NCBI GenBank assembly: GCA_033762295.1
Contig: JANRLW010000042.1
Span: 1 to 17,366 of the forward strand
Direction: 5' to 3'
From: Capsulimonadales bacterium
GTDB lineage: Bacteria > Armatimonadota > Armatimonadia > Armatimonadales > Armatimonadaceae
DNA: 17,366 bases
Shown here piece after piece: positions 1 to 7,648 of the stretch. The notes below the pieces were generated by a model. It saw nothing but the letters and a program-made list of their open reading frames with translations. It ran no database searches and was not told the origin of the DNA. Each line of letters opens with the position of its first letter. Within the stretch, counting starts at the first letter, position 1. The position numbers and the translations under genes were made by a program.

Positions 1-260
1 AGCGCGGGCGACCCCGGACGGGAGGGAAGCGGATGCCAGCCCGGTGCCAGAGGCAGCAGAGCGGACAGGACCGGATGGGAAAACCGTTCGTCGACCAGGT
101 ACAGCACTTCCGACGGCCGGAGTTTCGAACGGACGTTGATCGCCACCCGGTACGCGGTATGCCGGTCGGTCACTTTTACCTGGAGGTGCGGGTTGTCGGC
201 GATGGCGGGTCGGGTCTCCGTCACCGTACCCACCAGCACTCCGTATTGTCGAAGAGGCAT
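1..260 (-). CDS. DUF2278 / YukJ-family protein, N-terminal part (runs off the left edge of the window)
   Basis: Absent from the ORF track. Manual translation from the ATG at 260-258 is open to position 1: MPLRQYGVLVGTVTETRPAIADNPHLQVKVTDRHTAYRVAINVRSKLRPSEVLYLVDERFSHPVLSALLPLAPGWHPLPSRPGSPAL. The pattern MPLxxYGVL..PH.Q...YR.AINV.S...PSE..YLVDERF.HP matches my recollection of the DUF2278/YukJ N-terminus. Confidence 0.85.
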   Translation of the reverse strand, partial: MPLRQYGVLVGTVTETRPAIADNPHLQVKVTDRHTAYRVAINVRSKLRPSEVLYLVDERFSHPVLSALLPLAPGWHPLPSRPGSPA

Positions 261-265
261 GTCCC

Positions 266-290
266 ACCGATTATAACCGATATAACCGAT
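266..290. promoter_or_regulatory. Divergent promoter region with three ACCGAT direct repeats and overlapping -10-like boxes
   Basis: ACCGAT at 266, 276 and 285. TATAAT on the - strand at 275-270, 9 nt before the DUF2278 ATG. TATAAC on the + strand at 272-277 and 281-286. AT-rich patch in GC-rich DNA. Confidence 0.5.
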
Positions 291-348
291 GATACGGGCA
301 GGAACCGACCCGCTCCGGTGGCGAAACGAGGAGCGGAGGAACGTCGAA

Positions 349-1356
349 ATGCAACGATTTGCGCTGCTCGGGGCCGGGTTCTGGGCAAGTTACCAGCTGG
401 CCGCCTGGGGAGAGATACCGGGCGCGACCTGCGCGGTCGTCTGTGACCCGGATCGGGAGAAGGCGGAACGATTGGCCGCGCGGTTCGGCGTACCGCGTGT
501 CGCCGCCGATCCGGAGGAAGCGCTTCGGGACGTCGATTTCGTCGATATCGTCACCCCCCCGGCGACCCATCCCGAACTGGTGCGCCGGTGCCTGGCGCAA
601 CGTCTGCCGACCGTCTGTCAGAAACCGTTGGCCGAGGACCCGGAGACCGCCGAAGCGCTGGTCCGCGAAGCGGACGATGCCCGTGTGCCGCTGCTGGTGC
701 ATGAGAACTGGCGCTGGCAGATACCGATTCGCGCTCTGAAAGCCGAAGTCGATTCCGGAGTGATCGGCGGCCTGTTCCGGGCGCGTCTGACCATGGTATC
801 CGGGTTCCCCGTCTTCGCCAACCAGCCGTTCCTGAAGACGCTCGAACGCTTCCTCCTGGCGGACATCGGGGTCCATGTGCTGGATACCGCCCGTCTGTTG
901 TTCGGTGAGGCGGATTCGGTCTACTGTGTCACGCGCAAGGTACAGGCGGACATCGCCGGAGAGGACGCGGCGACCGTCGTCACCCGGCATGGCGGCGTGA
1001 CCGTCGTTACCGAACTCGGCTACGTCCAAAACCATTACGAACGCGACCGCTTCCCCGAAACCTTCGCGTTCGTCGAGGGGACGAAAGGGTCGATCGAACT
1101 CGCGCCGGACTTCCGGCTCGCGGTCACCACCGCCACCGGAACCCGGTCGCGCCGGGTGCCGCCGCCCCGCTACGAGTGGGCCAACCCCGATTACGCCGTC
1201 GTACATTCGTCGATGGTGCCCTGCCTGCGCGACCTGCTGTCCGGGGTGACCGGCGGACCGTCGGAGAACACCGCCGCGCAGAACCTGAAAACCCTTCGGC
1301 TCGTTTTCGCCGCCTACGAAAGCGCGGCGAATAACCGTGTGGTCGCTCTCGTCTGA
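349..1356 (+). CDS. Gfo/Idh/MocA-family oxidoreductase, D-apiose dehydrogenase (ApsD)-like, 335 aa
   Basis: Start moved from 289 to ATG 349 because GGAGGA lies at 335-340 and the Rossmann motif GAGFWA follows immediately. CQKP replaces the usual CEKP. VHENWRWQ, FANQPFL..ERF..D.G.H.LD, FPET and NLKT..LV.AAYESA are motifs I associate with the ApsD subgroup. Confidence 0.85.
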   Translation: MQRFALLGAGFWASYQLAAWGEIPGATCAVVCDPDREKAERLAARFGVPRVAADPEEALRDVDFVDIVTPPATHPELVRRCLAQRLPTVCQKPLAEDPETAEALVREADDARVPLLVHENWRWQIPIRALKAEVDSGVIGGLFRARLTMVSGFPVFANQPFLKTLERFLLADIGVHVLDTARLLFGEADSVYCVTRKVQADIAGEDAATVVTRHGGVTVVTELGYVQNHYERDRFPETFAFVEGTKGSIELAPDFRLAVTTATGTRSRRVPPPRYEWANPDYAVVHSSMVPCLRDLLSGVTGGPSENTAAQNLKTLRLVFAAYESAANNRVVALV

Positions 1357-1436
1357 CGCGGGCGTCAGGAAGGCGTTTCCGGTGTCCGCGCCGTAATGTA
1401 ACGGACGCAAGGAAGATTACGGAAGGAAGAGAAGCG

Positions 1437-2516
1437 ATGTTTAAGCAGGATTCGACGGGGAAGTGGATTCCCGATCTGCCCCAGCATGAACTCGGCGGCG
1501 CGTTCGCCGCCGGTGTCTGGAATATCGGTCCCGGAGGCGGGCGTTTCGCCCCGGCCATGCGCCCGACGCTGTCGCTGGAAGCGACGCTGAGCGAACTCAA
1601 GGCGGCCGGTTGCACCTATGTCGAGTTTCACGATACCGAGGCGGAGCCGAAGGACGCCGACGCGATCATGACCGCCGTCCGGAACGCCGGCTTGCAGGTT
1701 TCGATGTGTACCGCCAACCTGTTCAAGCGCGGGCCGGAGTTCGCCAACGGTAACTTCGGGTCGCCGGTGCCGGCGACCCGCGCCGAGGCGGTCCGGCGTA
1801 CCAAAGATTATATTCGCACCGGCATCGAAGTCTTCGGTGCGGGAGTTTATGTCTACTGGAACAGCAGCAACGGCTTCGGCGGACCCCTGATGGTGAACTA
1901 CGCCGACGTTTACAAAATGACCGCCGACGGGTTGAGCGAGGTGGTCGCCTGGATGCTGTCCGAGTACGGTCCCGAACGCGCCCTGCCGATCGCGATCGAA
2001 CCGAAGCCGAACGAACCGGTGAACTGGGGCGTTCCGGCGGACTGCGGCGAGGCATTGGCCATCATCGCGCTGATGCCGGAGGAGTACCGCCCGTTCGTGG
2101 GCACCAACCTGGAAACCTGCCACTCGCTGATGGCGGGGAAACGGTACGCGGCGGAGATCGGCCTGGCGGCGGCGGCGAACAAGGTCTTTTATGTCCACCT
2201 GAACGGCGGCACCGGCCTGAAATTCGATGAGGATATCGCGTTCGGTGACAACGACTTCGGCGTCGCGATCGAGACCGTCCACACCCTGAGGGAGGTCGGG
2301 TATTCGAGCGTGGTCGGGATCGACGTCCAGCCGCTCAACACCGATACCGCCGAGCAGCAGAACGCGTCGGTCGCGCGCAGCATCCGCAACTTCCGCCGCG
2401 CCCTGGAAATCGTGAACGAGCGGATCGATCCGAACGCGCTGAACGCCCTGCGCGAAACCGCCAACCGCGCCGAACTGGCCGAATGGTTCGCGGTCGTCAC
2501 TTCCGGCAAGCATTAA
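1437..2516 (+). CDS. Class-I xylose isomerase-like TIM-barrel sugar isomerase with atypical active site, 359 aa
   Basis: GVWNIG, EFHD, MCTANLF, VYW, IEPKPNEP, NLETCH, KFDEDIAFG and GIDVQP align in order with Streptomyces-type XylA motifs. Purine-rich RBS (GGAAGGAAGAG) upstream. No xylA symbol is given because of the ligand substitutions described in the findings. Confidence 0.85.
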   Translation: MFKQDSTGKWIPDLPQHELGGAFAAGVWNIGPGGGRFAPAMRPTLSLEATLSELKAAGCTYVEFHDTEAEPKDADAIMTAVRNAGLQVSMCTANLFKRGPEFANGNFGSPVPATRAEAVRRTKDYIRTGIEVFGAGVYVYWNSSNGFGGPLMVNYADVYKMTADGLSEVVAWMLSEYGPERALPIAIEPKPNEPVNWGVPADCGEALAIIALMPEEYRPFVGTNLETCHSLMAGKRYAAEIGLAAAANKVFYVHLNGGTGLKFDEDIAFGDNDFGVAIETVHTLREVGYSSVVGIDVQPLNTDTAEQQNASVARSIRNFRRALEIVNERIDPNALNALRETANRAELAEWFAVVTSGKH

Positions 2517-2548
2517 ACCGGAAATCGTCGAAACCGCGTTGGAATCGG

Positions 2549-2577
2549 AAGCGGGGCCACTGGCCCCGCTTTATTTT
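2549..2577 (+). terminator. Rho-independent terminator after the isomerase gene
   Basis: AAGCGGGGCC-ACT-GGCCCCGCTT perfect 10-bp stem, overlapped and followed by TTTATTTT. Confidence 0.9.
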
Positions 2578-2651
2578 GTCCACTGTATTTTGGCGGGGTT
2601 CCTGCCGAAAATCCCAAAGGGACAGCGTTCCCGGGGAAAGGTAATACGGCA

Positions 2652-5432
2652 GTGGCAACGGTGATTCAACAGCAATCCGGTCCGTCGGAGGTAACCCGAC
2701 CGACTCCCTCCCTTCGATTCGAACGCGGCGCGACGGTGTTCGTCTGTCTGTTGTTCGTTCTGTCCGGGGCCTGCGGACTGGGGTACGAGGTCGTCTGGGC
2801 CAAATTCCTCGGACAGTTCCTCGGAAATACGGTTCTGCTGCATACCGCGGTCCTCGGCGCGTTCGTCTCGGGACTGGCGCTCGGAAGCCTGGCGATCGGA
2901 CGCCGCGCCGACCGATGGGCCGCGCCTCTGAAGATCTACGGATTTCTGGAGATCGCGATCGCCGGTTATGCGATCGTGTTCCCGACGCTGTCCGGACTGG
3001 GGCAGAGCGTCGTGTATTCGGCGGCGAAAGCGATGCCGCCCGGTTCGCCCGCCTTGATTGCCGTCAAAATGCTGGTCGGCGCGGCGCTGCTCGCGCTCCC
3101 GACCATTCTGATGGGCGCGACCTTCCCCGTCCTGACCGCGCATGTCGAACGCAGTCGGCGACTTGCCCTCGGGGCGAACGGGGCGAACTGGCTCTACTTC
3201 GCCAACTGCGCGGGGGCCGTCCTGGGAACCCTCGTCACCGGGTTCCTCCTGATTCCGGGGGTCGGACTGACCGGGACCGTGACCGGAATCGCTCTCCTGA
3301 ACCTGGTCGTCGGGGTCGCCGCCGTCGTCGCGGAAAAGATTCTGCCCGCCGAGCCGATCGCACCGCCCGAAGCCGCCAATGTCGTGCGCCTGCCCGGCGC
3401 GCCCGCCGCCGGAACCGCCCTCACCGGTCAGCAACGCGCCGTGCTGATCGCCATCTGCGTCTCCGGCGCGACCGCCTTCCTCTATGAACTGGTCTGGACC
3501 CGACTCTTCGCGGTCACCCTGGGCAGCAGCACCTACTCGTTCACCCTGATGCTGGCCGCGTTCATCACCGGACTGGCGGGCGGCAGTATCGTGTCCGGAC
3601 TCGCGCCCACGCATCGGCGACCGCTCGTCTGGTTCGCCGTAGCCGAGGTTCTGATCGGAGTGGTCATCGCTTTGTCCGTCCCGCTCTATCCGCACCTGCC
3701 ACATACCTTCTGGCAGTGGAAATGGCTGCTCCGCCCCAACGCCGAGAGTATCGGCCTGTACCATCTGTTTCAGTACGGGGTCATCTTCAGCGCGATGTCC
3801 CTGCCGACGTTCCTGTTCGGTCTGACGTTCCCGACGGCGATCAAGGCGGCATCGGAGGAGAACGACGGCGGAAGCGTGGCCGAACGGGCGGCGATGGTTT
3901 ACGGGTGGAACACGGTCGGCACCCTCGCCGGTACCCTGGCCGCCGGCTGTCTCCTGATCCCGATGCTGGGACTGATGCGGACACTCCAGATCGGCGCGGT
4001 AATCAATCTGGGGATCGGCCTGTTCCTCCTGCCGATCGGACCGGCGATTCGCCGTGGTCTGCTGTTCCTCGCCGTACCCGCGGCGATCATCCTGGTGGCA
4101 ACCCCGGTTTGGGACCCCGCACTGCTGACCGTCGGCCTGTTCCGACACCGGGATCAACGTCCGATCCCCTGGGAGGAGCATCGCAAACTGCTCGCCGACC
4201 GTAAATCGGTTTTTTACCGCGAGGACTTCGGCTCGACGGTCGCCGTGGTTCGTGCGAAAGAGGACACCGGCAAGGATCAGTTGACGCTGGTCGTGGACGG
4301 CAAAGCCGATGCCTCCTCGGTATCGGATATGCCGACGCAGGTATTGCTGGCGCAATTGCCTCTCCTCTTCAAGCCCGACGCCCGGGACGTTTTCGTTCTC
4401 GGACTCGGCAGCGGTGTCACCGCAGGGAATGTCCTGACCCATCCGGTGGACCGGGTCGATTGCGTGGAACTCTCTCCGGCGGTAATCGACGCCGCCCGAA
4501 CCTTCCGGGAGGCCAACCACGACCCGTTCGCCGACCGACGCTTCCATTTATATGAGGACGACGGTAAGACGTTCCTTGCGTCGGTCAACCGTCAGTACGA
4601 TGTCATTATCAGTGAACCCACCAACCCGTGGATCGCGGGAGTCGGCGGCCTGTTTACGCGCGAAACGTTCGAAGCTCAGAGGGATAAACTGCGTCCGGGC
4701 GGGATCGTCGCCCAGTGGTTCCATTCCTACGAACTCGATGATCGTCTGGTGGCGACAATCCTGCGAACGTTCCGTGAGGTCTTCCCCGAAACCCTGATCT
4801 TCCAGGGATGCTCCGGCGACTTCATCATTCTGGGATCGCTGGAACCGATCCGCCCGGATTATGCGGCGATGGGCGAACGGATGCGGACGCCCGCCGTCGC
4901 GGCGACGCTGACTCCGATCCGAATCAGCAGTATCCCGGCCCTGCTCGCCATGCAGAGCCATTCCACCGAGGCGGCCCAGGCGCTGACCGAGGGCGGCGGA
5001 ATTAACTCGGACGACTTCCCGCAACTGGAGTACCTGGCCCCGCATGCGTTCTACGTGGGAGAACCCGTTCGCCGCCTGGCCGAAATGGATGGCCGGTTCC
5101 GTAAGGACGGGAACCTCCTGCTCTCCGAATACCGCCGACAATTCCCTCTGACACAGAACGACGAGTGGAGCATCGTCACCCTGATGGACGATGTCCGGAT
5201 TCGAAAGAACGAACTGTTCCCGCGTGTCCTCCTCTCCTATGCCGAACGTTATCCGGACGATCCGCGGGCGGCCCTGCCGACGGTGCAGGTATTGCGGGCC
5301 ATCGGGCGGGAGGCCGAAGCGCTGGCGCAGGCGGAGCGATGGGCCGCGAGGGGCAACGCCGAGGCGAAAACGCTGGCGGAAACGATCCGCAACGCGATAA
5401 AAGAGAAGCGACAAAACGCGCTGATCGACTGA
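2652..5432 (+). CDS. Fused MFS-like membrane domain / spermidine-synthase-like (class I SAM-binding) protein, 926 aa
   Basis: GTG start after GAAAGG. About 13 hydrophobic helices with an internal 6+6 duplication (SG..L.YE.VW twice; N..G...G.L..G.LLIP.G twice). C-terminal LVVDGK, VLGLGSGVT, CVELSPAV, DDGK.FL, YDVIISEP.NPW, LRPGG..AQW and NSDD.P.LEY, then a TPR-like tail. Confidence 0.9.
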   Translation: MATVIQQQSGPSEVTRPTPSLRFERGATVFVCLLFVLSGACGLGYEVVWAKFLGQFLGNTVLLHTAVLGAFVSGLALGSLAIGRRADRWAAPLKIYGFLEIAIAGYAIVFPTLSGLGQSVVYSAAKAMPPGSPALIAVKMLVGAALLALPTILMGATFPVLTAHVERSRRLALGANGANWLYFANCAGAVLGTLVTGFLLIPGVGLTGTVTGIALLNLVVGVAAVVAEKILPAEPIAPPEAANVVRLPGAPAAGTALTGQQRAVLIAICVSGATAFLYELVWTRLFAVTLGSSTYSFTLMLAAFITGLAGGSIVSGLAPTHRRPLVWFAVAEVLIGVVIALSVPLYPHLPHTFWQWKWLLRPNAESIGLYHLFQYGVIFSAMSLPTFLFGLTFPTAIKAASEENDGGSVAERAAMVYGWNTVGTLAGTLAAGCLLIPMLGLMRTLQIGAVINLGIGLFLLPIGPAIRRGLLFLAVPAAIILVATPVWDPALLTVGLFRHRDQRPIPWEEHRKLLADRKSVFYREDFGSTVAVVRAKEDTGKDQLTLVVDGKADASSVSDMPTQVLLAQLPLLFKPDARDVFVLGLGSGVTAGNVLTHPVDRVDCVELSPAVIDAARTFREANHDPFADRRFHLYEDDGKTFLASVNRQYDVIISEPTNPWIAGVGGLFTRETFEAQRDKLRPGGIVAQWFHSYELDDRLVATILRTFREVFPETLIFQGCSGDFIILGSLEPIRPDYAAMGERMRTPAVAATLTPIRISSIPALLAMQSHSTEAAQALTEGGGINSDDFPQLEYLAPHAFYVGEPVRRLAEMDGRFRKDGNLLLSEYRRQFPLTQNDEWSIVTLMDDVRIRKNELFPRVLLSYAERYPDDPRAALPTVQVLRAIGREAEALAQAERWAARGNAEAKTLAETIRNAIKEKRQNALID

Positions 5433-5477
5433 TCCTTCGGGTCGGGACGGCGATCGGCGCGGAAACGGACGCAGGCC

Positions 5478-6161
5478 ATGAAACTGCTGATCGTTGAGGA
5501 TGATCCCGGGCTGGTCAAGGTACTCCGGATGGCCGTGACGGAAAACGGCTATGAGGCCGTTGCCGAGGGAGACGGCGTGATCGCGCTGGAACGGGCGCAG
5601 GAGGAGGCATTCGACCTGATCCTCCTCGATGTCATGCTGCCCGGACTCGACGGCTTTACGATCTGCCGTCGCTTGCGTGAGGCGATGGTGCGAACGCCGA
5701 TTTTGATCATGACGGCGCGCGACGCGGTCAAGGACAAGGTCGACGGGCTGGACGCCGGGGCGGACGATTACATCGTCAAACCGTTCCCGCTGGCGGAACT
5801 GCTGGCCCGGGTTCGGGCGTTGTTGCGCCGGGCGCAGGCCGCCCCCACCCTCCTGCGGGTCGGCGACCTTGTCCTCAACCCGGCGACCCGCGAGGCGCGC
5901 CGGGACGACAAACGGATCTACCTCTCGGCCACCGAGTTCTCCCTGCTCGAGTTCCTGATGCGGAACGCCGGACGCGTCCTGAACCGTTCCGCCATCATGA
6001 ACCATGTCTGGGAATATGATTTCGGCGGGAATGACAACGTGCTGGAAGTGTATATCAGCTACCTGCGGGGCAAGATCGACAAGGGGTCGAAGAAACCGCT
6101 GATCCATACGGTGCGCGGGGTGGGGTACGTCCTGGAGGACCGGGGAGAGACGCGTTCGTGA
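5478..6161 (+). CDS. OmpR/PhoB-family response regulator (CusR/CzcR/MprA-like), 227 aa
   Basis: MKLLIVEDD, LILLDVMLPGLDG (phospho-acceptor Asp), GLDAGADDYIVKPF, and a C-terminal wHTH with NVLEVYISYLRGKID...IHTVRGVGY. Confidence 0.96.
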   Translation: MKLLIVEDDPGLVKVLRMAVTENGYEAVAEGDGVIALERAQEEAFDLILLDVMLPGLDGFTICRRLREAMVRTPILIMTARDAVKDKVDGLDAGADDYIVKPFPLAELLARVRALLRRAQAAPTLLRVGDLVLNPATREARRDDKRIYLSATEFSLLEFLMRNAGRVLNRSAIMNHVWEYDFGGNDNVLEVYISYLRGKIDKGSKKPLIHTVRGVGYVLEDRGETRS

Positions 6162-7477
6162 CCGCGACCGGTCCGTTTGCCTCCTTACGCGCCCGGATGA
6201 CCATCGGCTTCAGCGTGCCGTTCGGTCTGGTCGTGCTCGTCTGTACGGCCATGGTGATGATCTGGACCTACTTCCTGGCCCGTTACGAAGCGATGCAGGT
6301 GATCTCGACTGCGGGAGCGCACCTGCATCGGGCCGGTTTGCGGGACCGTTCCCGCGAACATCTGCTGGCGACCCTGACCGAACTGGAGCGGGACGAACGC
6401 CTGGGGCATATCTCCCTGGTGGTTCAGGACGATCGGGGCCGGGTCATCGCCTCCAACCACCTGCCCATGCCTCCGCTGCAGGGGCCGGATCAGGAGCGCT
6501 GGCTGACCGTGCCGACCACGTTCGGGGATTGGCGGGTCGTGGCCGGCCTGTACTGGGAACCCACCCGACGATCCCTCAGATTTCAGGCGATTCAGGTCGT
6601 GGTCGTGTCGGTTCTGGTGACCGCCGTCGCCTCGGCGTTCGCGTGGATTCTCGTCGGGCGAACATTGCGCCCGATCAAGGCGCTGTCCGAGCAGGCCGGC
6701 GCCGCCACCTCCGACCCCCTGCACGTCCGTCTGGTCCCGCCCTCTCCCGATGCCGAACTCCGTCTGCTGGTCGATACGCTGAACACCATGCTGGATCGAC
6801 TGCGGCAGGACACGGTCGCGAAAGAGCAGTTTTACGCCTCCGCCGCGCACGAACTGCGCACCCCTCTGGCCGTTCTGTCGGGCAGTATCGAGATGGCCCT
6901 GTCGCGTCCGCATGCGCCGGAGGAGTATCGCGAAACCCTGGCCGACCTGCATAAGGAGACCGCCCGCCTCATCACCCTGACCGAGAGCCTGCTGTTCCTC
7001 AACCGTCTGGAGATGCGGACCGATCGGGAAAAGCCGGAAGAAGTCGATGTCGCCGATATTGCCGAGCGCACCCTGAACGGTCTGCGGACCCAGGCCGACG
7101 AACGAAACCTGACCGTCTTCGTCCATACGGCGGAGGTGATCCTCGCCGCGCCGCCGACCCATGTCCGTGTCCTGGTCCGAAACCTGCTCGAGAACGCCGT
7201 GCGCTATGCGACCTCCGGCGGACAGGTGGATGTTTCGCTCAAATGGGAGGACGGTCAGCCCTGTCTCCGCGTGCGGAACGATGCCCAACTTCCCGATAAT
7301 CTCGATCTCGACCGGCTGTTTACCCCCTTTTTCCGTGCCGACGCCTCGCGGAACTCCGCGACCGGTGGCAACGGTCTGGGCCTGAGTATCTGTCAGGCGC
7401 TGGCGAGGGCGAACGGCTGGCATTTCGCTCTGGAACGGGATCGCGGCGGATTTTGCGCCATCGTCCGTTTCGGATAG
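6158..7477 (+). CDS. Sensor histidine kinase (2 TM, HAMP, HisKA, HATPase_c), 439 aa
   Basis: GTGA overlap with the regulator stop codon (translational coupling). Two TM helices, HAMP (LRPIKALS...ELRLLVDTLNTMLDRL), H-box AAHELRTPL, N-box NLLENAVRY, F-box LFTPFFRAD, G2-box GNGLGLSI. Confidence 0.95.
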   Translation: MTATGPFASLRARMTIGFSVPFGLVVLVCTAMVMIWTYFLARYEAMQVISTAGAHLHRAGLRDRSREHLLATLTELERDERLGHISLVVQDDRGRVIASNHLPMPPLQGPDQERWLTVPTTFGDWRVVAGLYWEPTRRSLRFQAIQVVVVSVLVTAVASAFAWILVGRTLRPIKALSEQAGAATSDPLHVRLVPPSPDAELRLLVDTLNTMLDRLRQDTVAKEQFYASAAHELRTPLAVLSGSIEMALSRPHAPEEYRETLADLHKETARLITLTESLLFLNRLEMRTDREKPEEVDVADIAERTLNGLRTQADERNLTVFVHTAEVILAAPPTHVRVLVRNLLENAVRYATSGGQVDVSLKWEDGQPCLRVRNDAQLPDNLDLDRLFTPFFRADASRNSATGGNGLGLSICQALARANGWHFALERDRGGFCAIVRFG

Positions 7478-7506
7478 CCGTACTCGCTGGCCTGTCGTCT
7501 TCTTCC

Positions 7507-7585
7507 GTGACACGGGCGTGACACTTTGCCCGGTTTTTGTGACACTTTGCCCGGTTTTTGTGACCGAATCGCGGCGATCTGTGAC
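7507..7585 (+). repeat. Phased GTGAC direct-repeat array containing an exact 21-bp tandem duplication (putative operator)
   Basis: GTGAC at 7507, 7518, 7539, 7560 and 7581 (spacings 11, 21, 21, 21). GTGACACTTTGCCCGGTTTTT occurs exactly twice (7518-7538 and 7539-7559). Lies between the kinase stop and the NTPase-WD40 gene. Confidence 0.85.
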
Positions 7586-7625
7586 GGTTTTCCGAAACGA
7601 GCGGACGGACCGATGGGAACCGATG

Positions 7626-7631
7626 TACTAT
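7626..7631 (+). promoter_or_regulatory. Putative -10 box (TACTAT) of the NTPase-WD40 gene
   Basis: TACTAT lies 17 nt upstream of ATG 7649. There is no canonical -35 and no SD, consistent with an activator-dependent, short-leader promoter. Confidence 0.35.
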
Positions 7632-7648
7632 GTTCCCGGTACCCGGTC

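Noticed and set aside
33..446. 137-aa + strand ORF
   Set aside because: It is a shadow of the - strand DUF2278-like gene, overlaps the dehydrogenase start, and has no recognisable motifs.
7538..7585. TGTGA as CRP/FNR-type sites
   Set aside because: No TCACA half-site follows at N6. The motif occurs as direct repeats, not inverted repeats.
7507..7601. 21-bp repeats as a mini-CRISPR array or iterons
   Set aside because: The copies are directly adjacent with no unique spacers, only 5 bp are conserved across all units, and there is no cas or rep gene nearby.
7526..7648. ORF-track N-terminal extension of the NTPase-WD40 protein
   Set aside because: It begins at a TTG inside the tandem repeat and merely translates it (PGFCD twice). 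Family similarity begins about 20 aa after ATG 7649.
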